A stretch of DNA of 50,724 nt from a virus (taxonomy: Duplodnaviria > Caudoviricetes). The stretch lies in the IMG/VR virus record IMGVR_UViG_3300027777_000051, positions 1 through 50,724 of that record. The stretch is one strand, 5' to 3'. The notes below the pieces were generated by a model. That model saw only the letters and a program-made list of their open reading frames with translations. It ran no database searches and was not told the DNA's origin. Below are positions 17,501 through 26,542 of the stretch, one piece after another. Position 1 is the first letter of the stretch. Every line of letters begins with the position of its first letter. The position numbers and the translations under genes were made by a program.

Positions 17501-20056
17501 ACGAATAGGTTCACCTTTTTCATCCTTCAACACACTATTCCCAAACCATTTCTTAAACTCAGGAGTATCAGTTTGTTTCTGCCTAGGTAAAGATGCAGAA
17601 CGAGTTCCTTCCGACCCATCACGATTAGAGTTAATCACTCCCTCTGAATGCTTAAATACAGTATCTAGCATCGAGAGATTATCCTTACCCAATCCAATCA
17701 ATCTGCCCAAAGCTTCTTTGAGTCTAGTGAGTATAGATTTCCCACCATCTATCCTGATGTTTGCTAGACGTTCTTGGAACTCATGGTCTTTAATTGCCTG
17801 AGCAATAAACTCGTCAATGTTACCCATAGCATATGCAGTAGCATGACCAACACCCTGTAAGCGGTTTAGTGCCTCGTCAGGATTACCAGCTACTCCATCC
17901 TTTCCGAACAACTCGTCATGAATACCAAGAGCCTTAGCAGTATCAATGTATGCCTTGATAACACCCTTAGCGTGTTCGTTCTTTCCGTTTTTAAGATACT
18001 CTTCTAGTTCGGCCAAATGCAAAGCACCCTGACCCTTAAAATTAGGAAACTTATGCACAGTCATTCCATGAACAGCTTCTTCTAATACTACCCTAGCATC
18101 AGCGGCAGAGTGAGTTCCGATGTTCACTTGGTCGTCAGTAGGGTCATAATGAGAGCGGACAATTTCTCCCTTCTCGTTGAGTAATTGATTAGTATCCAAT
18201 CTATCATCGTGATTCCATTTCACCCCAAGAGACTTAGTGTCAGACATATTAAGCAGAGCCTTAGCTAAAGGAGCATAAGGATGGTTTGGTAAGTCTGCTA
18301 AGTGCTGTAAGATGCTACCAGTTGTAGCTGCACCAGACTTGATGTGTGATTGTAGGGCAATTGGTATACCAATCTTTCCACCACCTACTCCAACAGTAGG
18401 AACACCTTTCGGGTCAAAGTCTACACCATATTTTCGTAACGTATGTTCAGACACTGTGCTACCAGCAGCATGGATAATCTCCCCGAATTTACCAGTAATA
18501 GGACGGACGAGATTGTAGTAATCAGTATCAGGTATATTCCCTCTACCCTTCTGTAATCCAATATACTTTGGACGAGTAGAGTCAGACGGTGGAGCATTAA
18601 CATTACCCTTCTGCTCGAACTGTTCAGCTACCAACTCTGCTTGAGTTTTCGGTTGAGTATTGTCATTACGTTGCTCACGTTCACGCGCTTTTGCCTCCTC
18701 AACTACAGGATTAACTTTAGGTAATACCGGAGGAGCAGTTACCTTAGAACCAATACCATTTTGCGCCAACTCCTCAACCTTAGCTTTCAAGAAATCTTGA
18801 GCATTGGCAGACACGGGCGCGGGCGAAGCCTGCGACGTGGGCAGCCCTGTGCTTTCATTAGAAGCTTTGGGAGTAGTTAACTTACTCTCAGTTAGTATAT
18901 CAGACGTTTTGGCTGGGCGCGAGGAGTTATTAACCTCAGGAGACGGCTCTTGCCAACGAGAGCCAGCCCCAATCTCTCCACCTTGGTAGTCAGTATCTTC
19001 CATCTTGTCGGGCAAAACAGACTTAGATAACTCAGCTTGGTGCAACTGTTCACGCATATCATCAGGGTGTAGGTCACGAAGCTGGTCGTTAATAGTCTGA
19101 GCCTTGGCCTTTTCGATAGGGTCAGTAATGTCAGATACCTTCTTGAGATTAGACAAGAACATCTGTTTGATACGCTTGTCATTAATCTGATAACGTCCTT
19201 GCTCATCTACAGCACTGTAAGGAGTCTCAGCTTCTCCACGCTCTGGAGTCTTAACATCGGCAGTTGTAGTCTCATTACCATTCGTAACTTCTGGTGCAGG
19301 TTCTTCGGCATGACCAGTTAATTTCGCAGCCCACTTAGCCTGACGGCTAAACAATGCACCACCAGCAACTTGAGCAGCTAGGTCTGTGCCAGATGGTAGC
19401 CCTTGACCAGTAGCTAGACCGATGCCAGTGTTAATGGCAGGATTCAATCCAGCACCCATCAATGTCCCTGCAATAGCCTTATTCTGTGCAAGACGTTCAA
19501 CAGCATCTTCCGCCCCTCTTCCAATCAATCTTCCAGCAACAGCCTTCCCAGCCCTTAAAGCATCCATTGACGGACGACCACCTGATGCAATAGCAGATGC
19601 TATAATATCAGTAGCGAGAGCAGTCTTAGGATTAGCAGCAGCAGCTTCTTCTGCAGCCTGCTGTTGAGCAGCATACAAAGCTTCTGGCTCGATAGCTTGT
19701 TGTGCTTTCTGTCCAACATAACCACCGCCAGATGCACCAATAATACCAGCACCAATTTCAATAGCTGGAACAGTAACAACTGCAGCTGGAGGAAAAGCTG
19801 CACCTACACTAGCAGCTAAAGGAGCACCAGCAGCCATACCACCAAAGAAGCCAACACCACCGCCAACATAACCACCAGCATGGGCAGCAGCTGTGCGACC
19901 GATAGTTCCAAGAGTCCCTACGCTAGGATTTTGTTGAGCAGCCTGTTCTTCTGTGGTTAAGAATACCAATGGCTTATTAGCATACTGTTGGGGATTGCCG
20001 CCAGCGTCAGCAATCTTTTGTAATTCTTCTGGGGTGGGTAAACGTGTGATAGGCAT
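14561..20056 (-). CDS. Large ejection/polyvalent protein with zincin-like and ADP-ribosyltransferase-like domains
   Basis: About 1830 aa at the end of the structural arm; VVLEEAVH...DEFIAQ; FKKWFG...LYHGT...GIYLT...GYDGIV...EVVAFHPEQIKS; ATG at 20056 preferred. Confidence 0.75.
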   Translation of the reverse strand: MPITRLPTPEELQKIADAGGNPQQYANKPLVFLTTEEQAAQQNPSVGTLGTIGRTAAAHAGGYVGGGVGFFGGMAAGAPLAASVGAAFPPAAVVTVPAIEIGAGIIGASGGGYVGQKAQQAIEPEALYAAQQQAAEEAAAANPKTALATDIIASAIASGGRPSMDALRAGKAVAGRLIGRGAEDAVERLAQNKAIAGTLMGAGLNPAINTGIGLATGQGLPSGTDLAAQVAGGALFSRQAKWAAKLTGHAEEPAPEVTNGNETTTADVKTPERGEAETPYSAVDEQGRYQINDKRIKQMFLSNLKKVSDITDPIEKAKAQTINDQLRDLHPDDMREQLHQAELSKSVLPDKMEDTDYQGGEIGAGSRWQEPSPEVNNSSRPAKTSDILTESKLTTPKASNESTGLPTSQASPAPVSANAQDFLKAKVEELAQNGIGSKVTAPPVLPKVNPVVEEAKAREREQRNDNTQPKTQAELVAEQFEQKGNVNAPPSDSTRPKYIGLQKGRGNIPDTDYYNLVRPITGKFGEIIHAAGSTVSEHTLRKYGVDFDPKGVPTVGVGGGKIGIPIALQSHIKSGAATTGSILQHLADLPNHPYAPLAKALLNMSDTKSLGVKWNHDDRLDTNQLLNEKGEIVRSHYDPTDDQVNIGTHSAADARVVLEEAVHGMTVHKFPNFKGQGALHLAELEEYLKNGKNEHAKGVIKAYIDTAKALGIHDELFGKDGVAGNPDEALNRLQGVGHATAYAMGNIDEFIAQAIKDHEFQERLANIRIDGGKSILTRLKEALGRLIGLGKDNLSMLDTVFKHSEGVINSNRDGSEGTRSASLPRQKQTDTPEFKKWFGNSVLKDEKGEPIRLYHGTNADIDSFKQSKEGTLGKGIYLTPNENTASAYAANNQFAEKVKGGMVYPVYAKLEKPLILTGGFHQSNIEALEKLGMPREKAADLVDKAMEDNGNLTGEIQAKAKAQGYDGIVSYGNGILHEVVAFHPEQIKSAIGNRGTFDPNEKSIVKSLPKPPEGQSHTPEELNLPKDKYMGKIGAAFRSVIDKVCDIPQKAAGLLADSATKALNRETELKGRWKNAIVQAGEGLSKIQKDRVMMAFNHELATKTSGLPLLRSAAERNFYNKARQLIDDSGKYRLSIGEPITEAKSVNGRTIYVKRNLKQDEFYFPGMANQKVQQTYRNNTDHAAIDKLDAIFHDYNTKTLGLSESASQERIDNYKKSLQGSIKNSDISHQDYFNAHRKAQGTPLPPSFRETDPVRNLERYFDRAAIDASHYEFMEKDHNVLAALGQDKDAWNNKVVGDKGISSLANNPAVKGLLEHWKGEPVSPAEGNEQSLSSLVSSAFISGPALELHKTVSNIVKTLSLSSNPIVLAKAVTHAVGNVMHGYNTAVENGVVKLTARSAMQMVDGNATAAERLQAASRIIRKVSTLNDLTTKVSTGLVQSMNEVIIPSKIARGAAGDITAQKFLKNLDPSYNPNKLYSPEEIKQLASRSANYIHGTGDIRSMPAWMLNDSEFSGFFSLAHWSIAQTNNFMKDIYEPATRGDIAPLITGIFGAAIGGYIIKELRQDIQGKKSTIPSLAEISASDKGLEGNKGLVAYNMIAAMQFAGFGGLLSQLAKYPFDAAYKNNPQGATFPMDEVASDLASTLHQVSTAIANDPNVNWVDLAKAVTMHTLSSNFQLSRIAINQGINHGLITGLPAEKKMLSDKMGQLRRFDMVEGLPYNEIDEASNPYMNLGQKKFKMEQDLPTAMQQLPSLVQNIMDTYHDKPDVMMSKLKSLKQNEYATFPSMENMPLSFMKYIGYLSRMEGADAAQEELMDYMKHKTINEVKSSAVP

Positions 20057-20060
20057 ATTA

Positions 20061-21593
20061 TTATTCGTAACCAAGTGAATCTAAGATAGAACCAGAAGCT
20101 CTACCTATTAAATGACCAACTCCTTTTGCAGCAGCTTTTAGCCCATGACCAGCAACAATAGCAGGAACAGTAACTGGTGCAGATATTAAAGCAGCTTCAC
20201 GACCTAGAGCAGGAAGGAATTGACTTCCTATTGTATTTTTCTTTTCATCCTGCTCTATCTCTGCCCATTGATGTTGCAACTTTTGCTTTTTTAGTTCTCT
20301 GTCTGTTATAGAATGCACAGCATCCATAGCTTTCTTTTGAAGGTCTGCAGATGCAGTTTGGATTGGGATATATTGTGGTTTCTCTGGAGTTCCTTGATTG
20401 TAGTATATTTGACCTGATGAATCAGCAGCATGGAGTTCGTCTACTGGAATAAGAGAATGCTGTTTATCTGGTGATACTCCGTATGAATTATTAAAATTTA
20501 CAGATGGTTGACCACCATCCGTTACTGGCATAGCTACAGACATAGGAGCATAAACTCCTGGTAATCCAGGAACTGGTTCATCTGATTGTGCACCAGCCAT
20601 TGCATTAGCCATACCAAATGGATTTCTGCGCATTGACACTTCACCAGTTAAGAGGTCAGTATACGGAGTATACATTTTCATTGAGTCTGGTTGACCACCA
20701 TACGGTGCGAGAGAGGACTCACGCAGAATATTAACTCTATTAGCTCCTAGTATATATGGAGATAATCCAAGTCGTTGTTGGTCTACTGAACTACCAAGCA
20801 TAGCTTGGGCTACTCCAGAATTAGCAATATATGGTGCAGCTTGTGCTTGTCCTTTAGCCAAACTGAGAGAACTATCTTCTGTGAACGGAAGTCTAGCTTG
20901 TTCACCTAACAGCTTAGTTCCAGTATTGGATTGTTGTAATCCATAGTTAGTAGCTTCTTGCGGAAGACCAGCTAACTGATATGTATTACGAGAGCCTTGT
21001 AATTGTTCATTGCCAAGTTCTGTGTTAGCCTGTTCTGGTATTACCCCGTTAACAGAACGAATAGATTCTAATTTCAATCTATTTGCAGCAGTCTGCTTAG
21101 CAAGATTAGATTCGTTAAGTAATCTATCAGCATCAGATTGAACTCCACCGTTTGAAGCAAAAATAGATTGAGTGCCTTGCTCATTAAGATTCGACGGCAT
21201 TAAATCATGATTAACCATTCCCGCAACATACGCTTTTTTAGCCCTATCGTAGTTAGTATCCTCCTCAGGGTTATCAGGATTAAATGGGGATGGCCCAGTA
21301 TATCCTGGGAGATTACGCATCGGGATTTTATCTACTAAATCACCAAACGTCTTCTGTTGAATATTCTGGTTGATTTGAGCCAGTAATGGTGCATTTGCTA
21401 TTGCACTGTTTAACTCCATAGCCCTTCCAGCAGAAGAATTAAACATTCTACCGAGAAGGTTTGGCTGTTTCATCAACGGAACAACCTCACCGTTCGCATT
21501 TACAGGTTGACCATCTTTAACCCCAATAGCATCAGGGTTACGTCCATACGAATAGGCTAAATTGCCCAATAAATTAAAAGCTAAGTCAGACAT
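20061..21593 (-). CDS. Putative ejection (internal virion) protein
   Basis: Gln/Asn/Ala-rich 510 aa; gene order. Confidence 0.6.
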   Translation of the reverse strand: MSDLAFNLLGNLAYSYGRNPDAIGVKDGQPVNANGEVVPLMKQPNLLGRMFNSSAGRAMELNSAIANAPLLAQINQNIQQKTFGDLVDKIPMRNLPGYTGPSPFNPDNPEEDTNYDRAKKAYVAGMVNHDLMPSNLNEQGTQSIFASNGGVQSDADRLLNESNLAKQTAANRLKLESIRSVNGVIPEQANTELGNEQLQGSRNTYQLAGLPQEATNYGLQQSNTGTKLLGEQARLPFTEDSSLSLAKGQAQAAPYIANSGVAQAMLGSSVDQQRLGLSPYILGANRVNILRESSLAPYGGQPDSMKMYTPYTDLLTGEVSMRRNPFGMANAMAGAQSDEPVPGLPGVYAPMSVAMPVTDGGQPSVNFNNSYGVSPDKQHSLIPVDELHAADSSGQIYYNQGTPEKPQYIPIQTASADLQKKAMDAVHSITDRELKKQKLQHQWAEIEQDEKKNTIGSQFLPALGREAALISAPVTVPAIVAGHGLKAAAKGVGHLIGRASGSILDSLGYE

Positions 21594-21602
21594 ATAGTTA
21601 TA

Positions 21603-22295
21603 TTATTTAAAGTAACTCTCTACTTGGTCTTGATAGTGGTTAATCTTATCCTGTATTCCAAAAGGATTATTTACTGCGTTAGCTGTTTTGTGATATGCGT
21701 CTGCTAAGCTATTAACATAGTCATGACCTGCTTGATTAAAAGTTCGAATACCCTGTGCATTAGCAGGATTCAAATGCGCATCAGTGAACTTCGGAACAGC
21801 AGTAGCTGATGCTGCACCATTAGTCGCTGATGCTGCACTACCAGCTGCAGCAGCCGTAGGACTAGAAGTCGGTATACCACCCATATCAGGTGCACCAGCA
21901 AAAGCTGGAGAAGCACCACCGTTTTGGCTGTTAATACCAGCATGAATTTGTGCCTCAGATTTCATGGGTGCTCCATGTGATACCACCTGCTTAACAGCAT
22001 CCTTTGCCTTGTCGAATGCACCACCTAACCGTCCTCTTACCATAGTAGATTGTGCCATGTCAGCACCAGACTGTTGCATTTTCATTGCTTCATTTTGAGA
22101 GTCTAGTGATGCTTTACCGATTAGCTGACTATTATCCTCAACAGTAGGAGCTTGGAAAGGGGTATACTTAGCATTAAAGAATGAGTAAGGGTCGGTCATT
22201 CTTTGGAAGTTCTGTTTGGCTACTAGCTGTTTATTAGAAACTGGCCCATTATACAGTGGGTCAACAGCATCTAAACTCTCGGTGAGATTATCCAT
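21603..22295 (-). CDS. Putative ejection (internal virion) protein
   Basis: Ala-rich low-complexity 230 aa; gene order. Confidence 0.55.
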   Translation of the reverse strand: MDNLTESLDAVDPLYNGPVSNKQLVAKQNFQRMTDPYSFFNAKYTPFQAPTVEDNSQLIGKASLDSQNEAMKMQQSGADMAQSTMVRGRLGGAFDKAKDAVKQVVSHGAPMKSEAQIHAGINSQNGGASPAFAGAPDMGGIPTSSPTAAAAGSAASATNGAASATAVPKFTDAHLNPANAQGIRTFNQAGHDYVNSLADAYHKTANAVNNPFGIQDKINHYQDQVESYFK

Positions 22296-23401
22296 TATAC
22301 TCCTTGTAGTTCAGCAACCATGTTAGTATAGCGATTGAGTGCAGATTCTTTCTTTCCGTTCTTAATGTCTTTCACGCAATCGGTAACTACTCCATAGATA
22401 TATTCCAACTCTTTATCCGTGAGCATAGGAACGATACTTGGCGCAGTCTTGTAATACTCAACCACAAGAACGGCAGGAACATATTCATCACGGAACTTGC
22501 GTAATACTTCCAACTCCTCACAATCATCAGGCAATCCCTTATACTCACAGCAAGCAGTAGTCAAGTAGCAACCACCAGAAGCATTTTGACTTGTAGTAGT
22601 TCCTTTCGACGCAGATGATACACCGGCTAATTGATTACCAAATGACGATGCAAAGGAGAATGGGGTAGAGAGTGTGGCATTAGCTTGAGTAGGATTGAAC
22701 TGGCTAAGACCAAAGTTGGTGGATGTATTACCAGCTTGGTTAATAGCATTGATAGGATTAAACGCAGTGTTCTGCGACTGAGCCACAGCATTAGACGCGC
22801 CAAGAGCATTACCAAGAGCCACTCGTTTAGCCTGTAAAGCATTGCCAAAGTTCATTGCATTAGCAACCGTGTTCATCGGATTGGATAATCCAAGATTACC
22901 GGTAGCAGCATTAGATTGATTCAAAGACCGTTCTACGGCACTTTCCTCCCCACCAGACAGACCATTAAGGTTAATAGAATTAACAAGATTGGACGCTTGG
23001 CTATTATTCGCTGCTTGAGCTGGATTGAGTAGATTCGTTAGTCCAGAACCCATCAACGCATATAATCCACCAGCACCGGCAAGATTATCAGCTGCTCCTA
23101 GAGTTTGTTGTTGAGTTAGGTCAGTCCCAGCCTTAGCATATCCAGGAGCATAAGTGTTTAACTGGTTAAGCCCAGACGCAGTATACATCGGATTAGCATT
23201 GGCCGCAGCCCCAGCTAACTCGTTAGTAACAGGTGCAACTTGATTGGTTGTCGTGGCTAAAGACTGAGGAAGATACTGGTTGTATAATGCCAGCATCTGT
23301 TGAGGAGTGGCTTGAGGAGTAGTTGAACCTTTAGATGCACCACCACCGCCAGAATAGTAACGAAGACCGAGTCGTTTCTCGATTAGAGAATTATGAATCA
23401 T
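22295..23401 (-). CDS. Putative pilot/ejection protein with C-terminal CFI-box-CTERM-like domain
   Basis: N-terminal SGGGG, Ala/Asn/Gly-rich body, GGCYLTTAC...LRKFRDEY...EYYKTAPSI. Confidence 0.65.
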   Translation of the reverse strand: MIHNSLIEKRLGLRYYSGGGGASKGSTTPQATPQQMLALYNQYLPQSLATTTNQVAPVTNELAGAAANANPMYTASGLNQLNTYAPGYAKAGTDLTQQQTLGAADNLAGAGGLYALMGSGLTNLLNPAQAANNSQASNLVNSINLNGLSGGEESAVERSLNQSNAATGNLGLSNPMNTVANAMNFGNALQAKRVALGNALGASNAVAQSQNTAFNPINAINQAGNTSTNFGLSQFNPTQANATLSTPFSFASSFGNQLAGVSSASKGTTTSQNASGGCYLTTACCEYKGLPDDCEELEVLRKFRDEYVPAVLVVEYYKTAPSIVPMLTDKELEYIYGVVTDCVKDIKNGKKESALNRYTNMVAELQGV

Positions 23402-23405
23402 AAGA

Positions 23406-23768
23406 TTAAGTTAGTTTAGTGTAAAGTTTGTTAGTGTTAAATTTCCTGTGCGACCCGTGACGAATAGCTTCGAGTTTATATTCTGGCCATTGTTCTCTAG
23501 CCCTTCTAGCAAATGCTTTTAGATTAGTTAGGTTCATTGCTAGATTCTCTGTGACAAACACAATCTTCTGTTCATCGTCCTTTACAGCAAGAATCATGCC
23601 AGTTAATTGGTTATCAGAATTGACCGAATAGAACATAGTCCCATCATGAATACCATCTCGTATCATTGAGGCAATACGAGGTTCTTCTAATCCCATGAAC
23701 GTAGTAGTTCCTCTGTTCAATAATACAAAGTCGACTAAGTCACGAATAGTTAAATAAGTTTTGCTCAT
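23406..23768 (-). CDS. Small virion-module protein (position typical of GNAT-like assembly proteins)
   Basis: ATG at 23768 forms an ATGA overlap with the tail gene; function from position only. Confidence 0.55.
   Translation of the reverse strand: MSKTYLTIRDLVDFVLLNRGTTTFMGLEEPRIASMIRDGIHDGTMFYSVNSDNQLTGMILAVKDDEQKIVFVTENLAMNLTNLKAFARRAREQWPEYKLEAIRHGSHRKFNTNKLYTKLT
23586..23601 (-). promoter_or_regulatory. Sigma54 promoter TGGCATGATTCTTGCT (intragenic, upstream of the ejection genes)
   Basis: Identical 16-mer to the capsid promoter at 34493; co-oriented. Confidence 0.75.
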
Positions 23769-25561
23769 TTTGTTGTGGACTGTGTCATGAGAGGATTCAT
23801 ATTGTCCGATTCCTGAACCATCATCGAGACGTATGTCAATGAACCAGAACCAGTCCATTCAACAAGAGGAAATGATTTCCACCCTTGCTGCGCATTTAGA
23901 AAAGAGAATAACACACTAGATACCTGTGTATTGAGGTCTGGCATGTTAACTAACCCACTATACGGATATGCTGGCGGGATATACTTAATGTCCTTGGTCT
24001 GAGTAGTTGGGTCAGTAAGACGATTATCAGTGAATGGTATAGCACTGATAGTGCAATCGGAAGTGATGTTATTCAACACACAGCGTATGTTATTCACTGA
24101 CTGTGACATCTTCGGCGCACCAGATAATGCTCCTAGACGGACATATGCAGTAGCATAATCTATCCCACCATACAGGGTATATAATTCATCATCCTCAGTA
24201 ATACAGTATAACCGTTGTATAGACAACTCAATTTTAGCTAATGCCTTAATCAATTTACCACCTGTTTGTGAGGTATCAAATGATGTCCAACAGCCGAGGA
24301 TAGTATCATAGATAACTAGCAAAGGTCCGAAGATAGTGTTCACTCCGTATATCTCATAGTTGTCGTATAGGATGGCAGCAGCTAGGTTAGCATCCTGCAC
24401 AATACCTTTGAACGTAGAGGAGATAGTCGCCGAGAACTGACTATTGCGCCCTTCGTTTTGCTGTTGTTGGATAGCATTGAAAGAACGGATACCAGTAAGG
24501 TCAATGAATTTAGTATCACCTAACGAATCTAGTATGGCACGGTCTGATAGACATGTAGCATTAAACAGGAATGTCCGGATGAAAGTATACTCTCCAAATA
24601 GTGTCGGGGCGGTAGGAGAAGTATTCTGAGTTACAATGAAATTAGCATTAGACGCAGCAACAAATATACCACCAGATGACGCTGGACGTAAGCAAGTAAT
24701 ACCACCAACTCCAACAGAGTATGCAGTAGTAGAGGCATCTCCACCGCCATGTTGCGTGAACGGAGGAATGGTAGTGTTGTCAGCCAATCCAAAAGGAACA
24801 TTCACCATAAAGTCTAACGGACGACCAGACACAGAACGATAAATAAATCCACCGTCTTGTGACGCTACGTATAACACTCCGTTATTCCATGCCATGACAT
24901 TACCGATAGGAACATACTCACGTTGGTCACCGTCAGTAGCGACGGTTACGTTAGTGTTGTCAGTATATGTGATGTGCCACTGTCCATAGCTCTGGGTTGT
25001 CTTGACATGTATTCCACCGCCAGCGTCTAGATATATAAACTGTGGTTGGTTAATATTATCCTGAACCAGAAGTCCGGGATTATTACCAGCATTAGCACCA
25101 ATTACATTAGACAATTGTATCCCACCAGCAGGGTTAGATGTTCCAGTATTCCCACCAGTAGTCCCTGCATTAGCAAGACGGACGTAATTAGTAGTCCCGA
25201 CTGGAACAACACATGTCCAGTAACGAGGAGCAGTTGTTGACATATCAAATCCAGTAATCTTAGTCCAACCAGTGTCAGTATAGTATCGGTAATATGCACT
25301 ACCGGCGACGAATAGAATTAAGTAATTGCCGAAAGTAACTAACTCTTGTTTAAGCCCTGTCGGTGCAGCAGGGTCTTTGATTCCGTTTTTGATAGGCTGT
25401 AATACGTCATACCGATTACGAACATTAAACGCTTCACGATACTGATTATACCCAATGTCGTATGGATTACTACCTAACTTATACTTAGTATTCACTGGTA
25501 GACGAGTATCGTCCACTAGCAAGTTCATTCCCCCAGAGAAACTATTTTGAGTAAATTCCAT
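23765..25561 (-). CDS. Tail tube/nozzle protein (P22 gp10 or T7 gp12 positional equivalent)
   Basis: N-terminal FSGGMN, beta-rich 598 aa, gene order. Confidence 0.65.
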   Translation of the reverse strand: MEFTQNSFSGGMNLLVDDTRLPVNTKYKLGSNPYDIGYNQYREAFNVRNRYDVLQPIKNGIKDPAAPTGLKQELVTFGNYLILFVAGSAYYRYYTDTGWTKITGFDMSTTAPRYWTCVVPVGTTNYVRLANAGTTGGNTGTSNPAGGIQLSNVIGANAGNNPGLLVQDNINQPQFIYLDAGGGIHVKTTQSYGQWHITYTDNTNVTVATDGDQREYVPIGNVMAWNNGVLYVASQDGGFIYRSVSGRPLDFMVNVPFGLADNTTIPPFTQHGGGDASTTAYSVGVGGITCLRPASSGGIFVAASNANFIVTQNTSPTAPTLFGEYTFIRTFLFNATCLSDRAILDSLGDTKFIDLTGIRSFNAIQQQQNEGRNSQFSATISSTFKGIVQDANLAAAILYDNYEIYGVNTIFGPLLVIYDTILGCWTSFDTSQTGGKLIKALAKIELSIQRLYCITEDDELYTLYGGIDYATAYVRLGALSGAPKMSQSVNNIRCVLNNITSDCTISAIPFTDNRLTDPTTQTKDIKYIPPAYPYSGLVNMPDLNTQVSSVLFSFLNAQQGWKSFPLVEWTGSGSLTYVSMMVQESDNMNPLMTQSTTK

Positions 25562-25566
25562 ATCTA

Positions 25567-26541
25567 TTAGCGTCCAGTTATACGATATGCATATCTCCAG
25601 TCTCTCCCAAACCCAACACGAGGATTAATCTCGTCATGAGGATTAGCACACATGGATACAACATCGTCAGTCCCACGGTTAGCGTCTTCATGAATCTGGG
25701 CAAGAGATTGAGTAGCTTTCTGTTGGTATGAGATAGCAGCTTGTAAGTTACCTGACTCTTCGTAGTAGAGCTGGAGAACCTTATTAACTAGCACATTATC
25801 ATACCCAACTGCCGGAAACTCGTCATTATCATTCTCGAGATACGGTAGGGCTTTCTTGTATAGCACTTCTACCCAACCTAATAGCGGGTTAATGTTCGGT
25901 GGATACCAAGGAGAAGTAGAAATGTCTACAATCTGGAACTTAGCCTTGAGTTTGTCGTTAGCAATATATGATATCTGATTACCATCGATGTCACTCGCAT
26001 ACACATCATACGTCGAGTGTGCATTTTTAGTGAGAGACGATACGTCAAGATATGCATTAACTGTCTCCTTACTCAATGCATCCATCGTCACAGATTCAGA
26101 GATATTTGCTGACCCATCAACAGCACCAGAGATATTCACAACTATTGGTGGATTCTCTACGGCTTTTACTGTCAAAACTAACGTAGACTGATTAGTTAAT
26201 GACGTTTGCAAAGTCTGGAGATTTTTAACCCGCCAGTTTCTCCAGCCATCAGGCCAGTTAAACTGGTTATATCTCGGGCGCATTTGTGACAGAGTTATGG
26301 CAATCTGAGAGTATTGTTCTCTCATTGCCCGTATCTGTCCGACGTAGTCAGGTAATGCTATCGTCTGGTTAGCATTAATCTTAAAGCACTGCTCTTCCAA
26401 ACATCCTGCCATGTCAGATTGCTGATACAATTCAACAGCAGCTTCGTTTACGAACCGAAGCATAACTGAGCGTTGAGAATCAACAGATGGGTTCATACCC
26501 ATCTTCTTACCGACTTGTGAGAGGATGTAGGAGAGAGGCAT
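25567..26541 (-). CDS. Head-tail adaptor protein
   Basis: MLRFVNEAAVEL helix, C-terminal YDNVLV...YY; gene order; ATG at 26541. Confidence 0.55.
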   Translation of the reverse strand: MPLSYILSQVGKKMGMNPSVDSQRSVMLRFVNEAAVELYQQSDMAGCLEEQCFKINANQTIALPDYVGQIRAMREQYSQIAITLSQMRPRYNQFNWPDGWRNWRVKNLQTLQTSLTNQSTLVLTVKAVENPPIVVNISGAVDGSANISESVTMDALSKETVNAYLDVSSLTKNAHSTYDVYASDIDGNQISYIANDKLKAKFQIVDISTSPWYPPNINPLLGWVEVLYKKALPYLENDNDEFPAVGYDNVLVNKVLQLYYEESGNLQAAISYQQKATQSLAQIHEDANRGTDDVVSMCANPHDEINPRVGFGRDWRYAYRITGR

Positions 26542-26542
26542 A

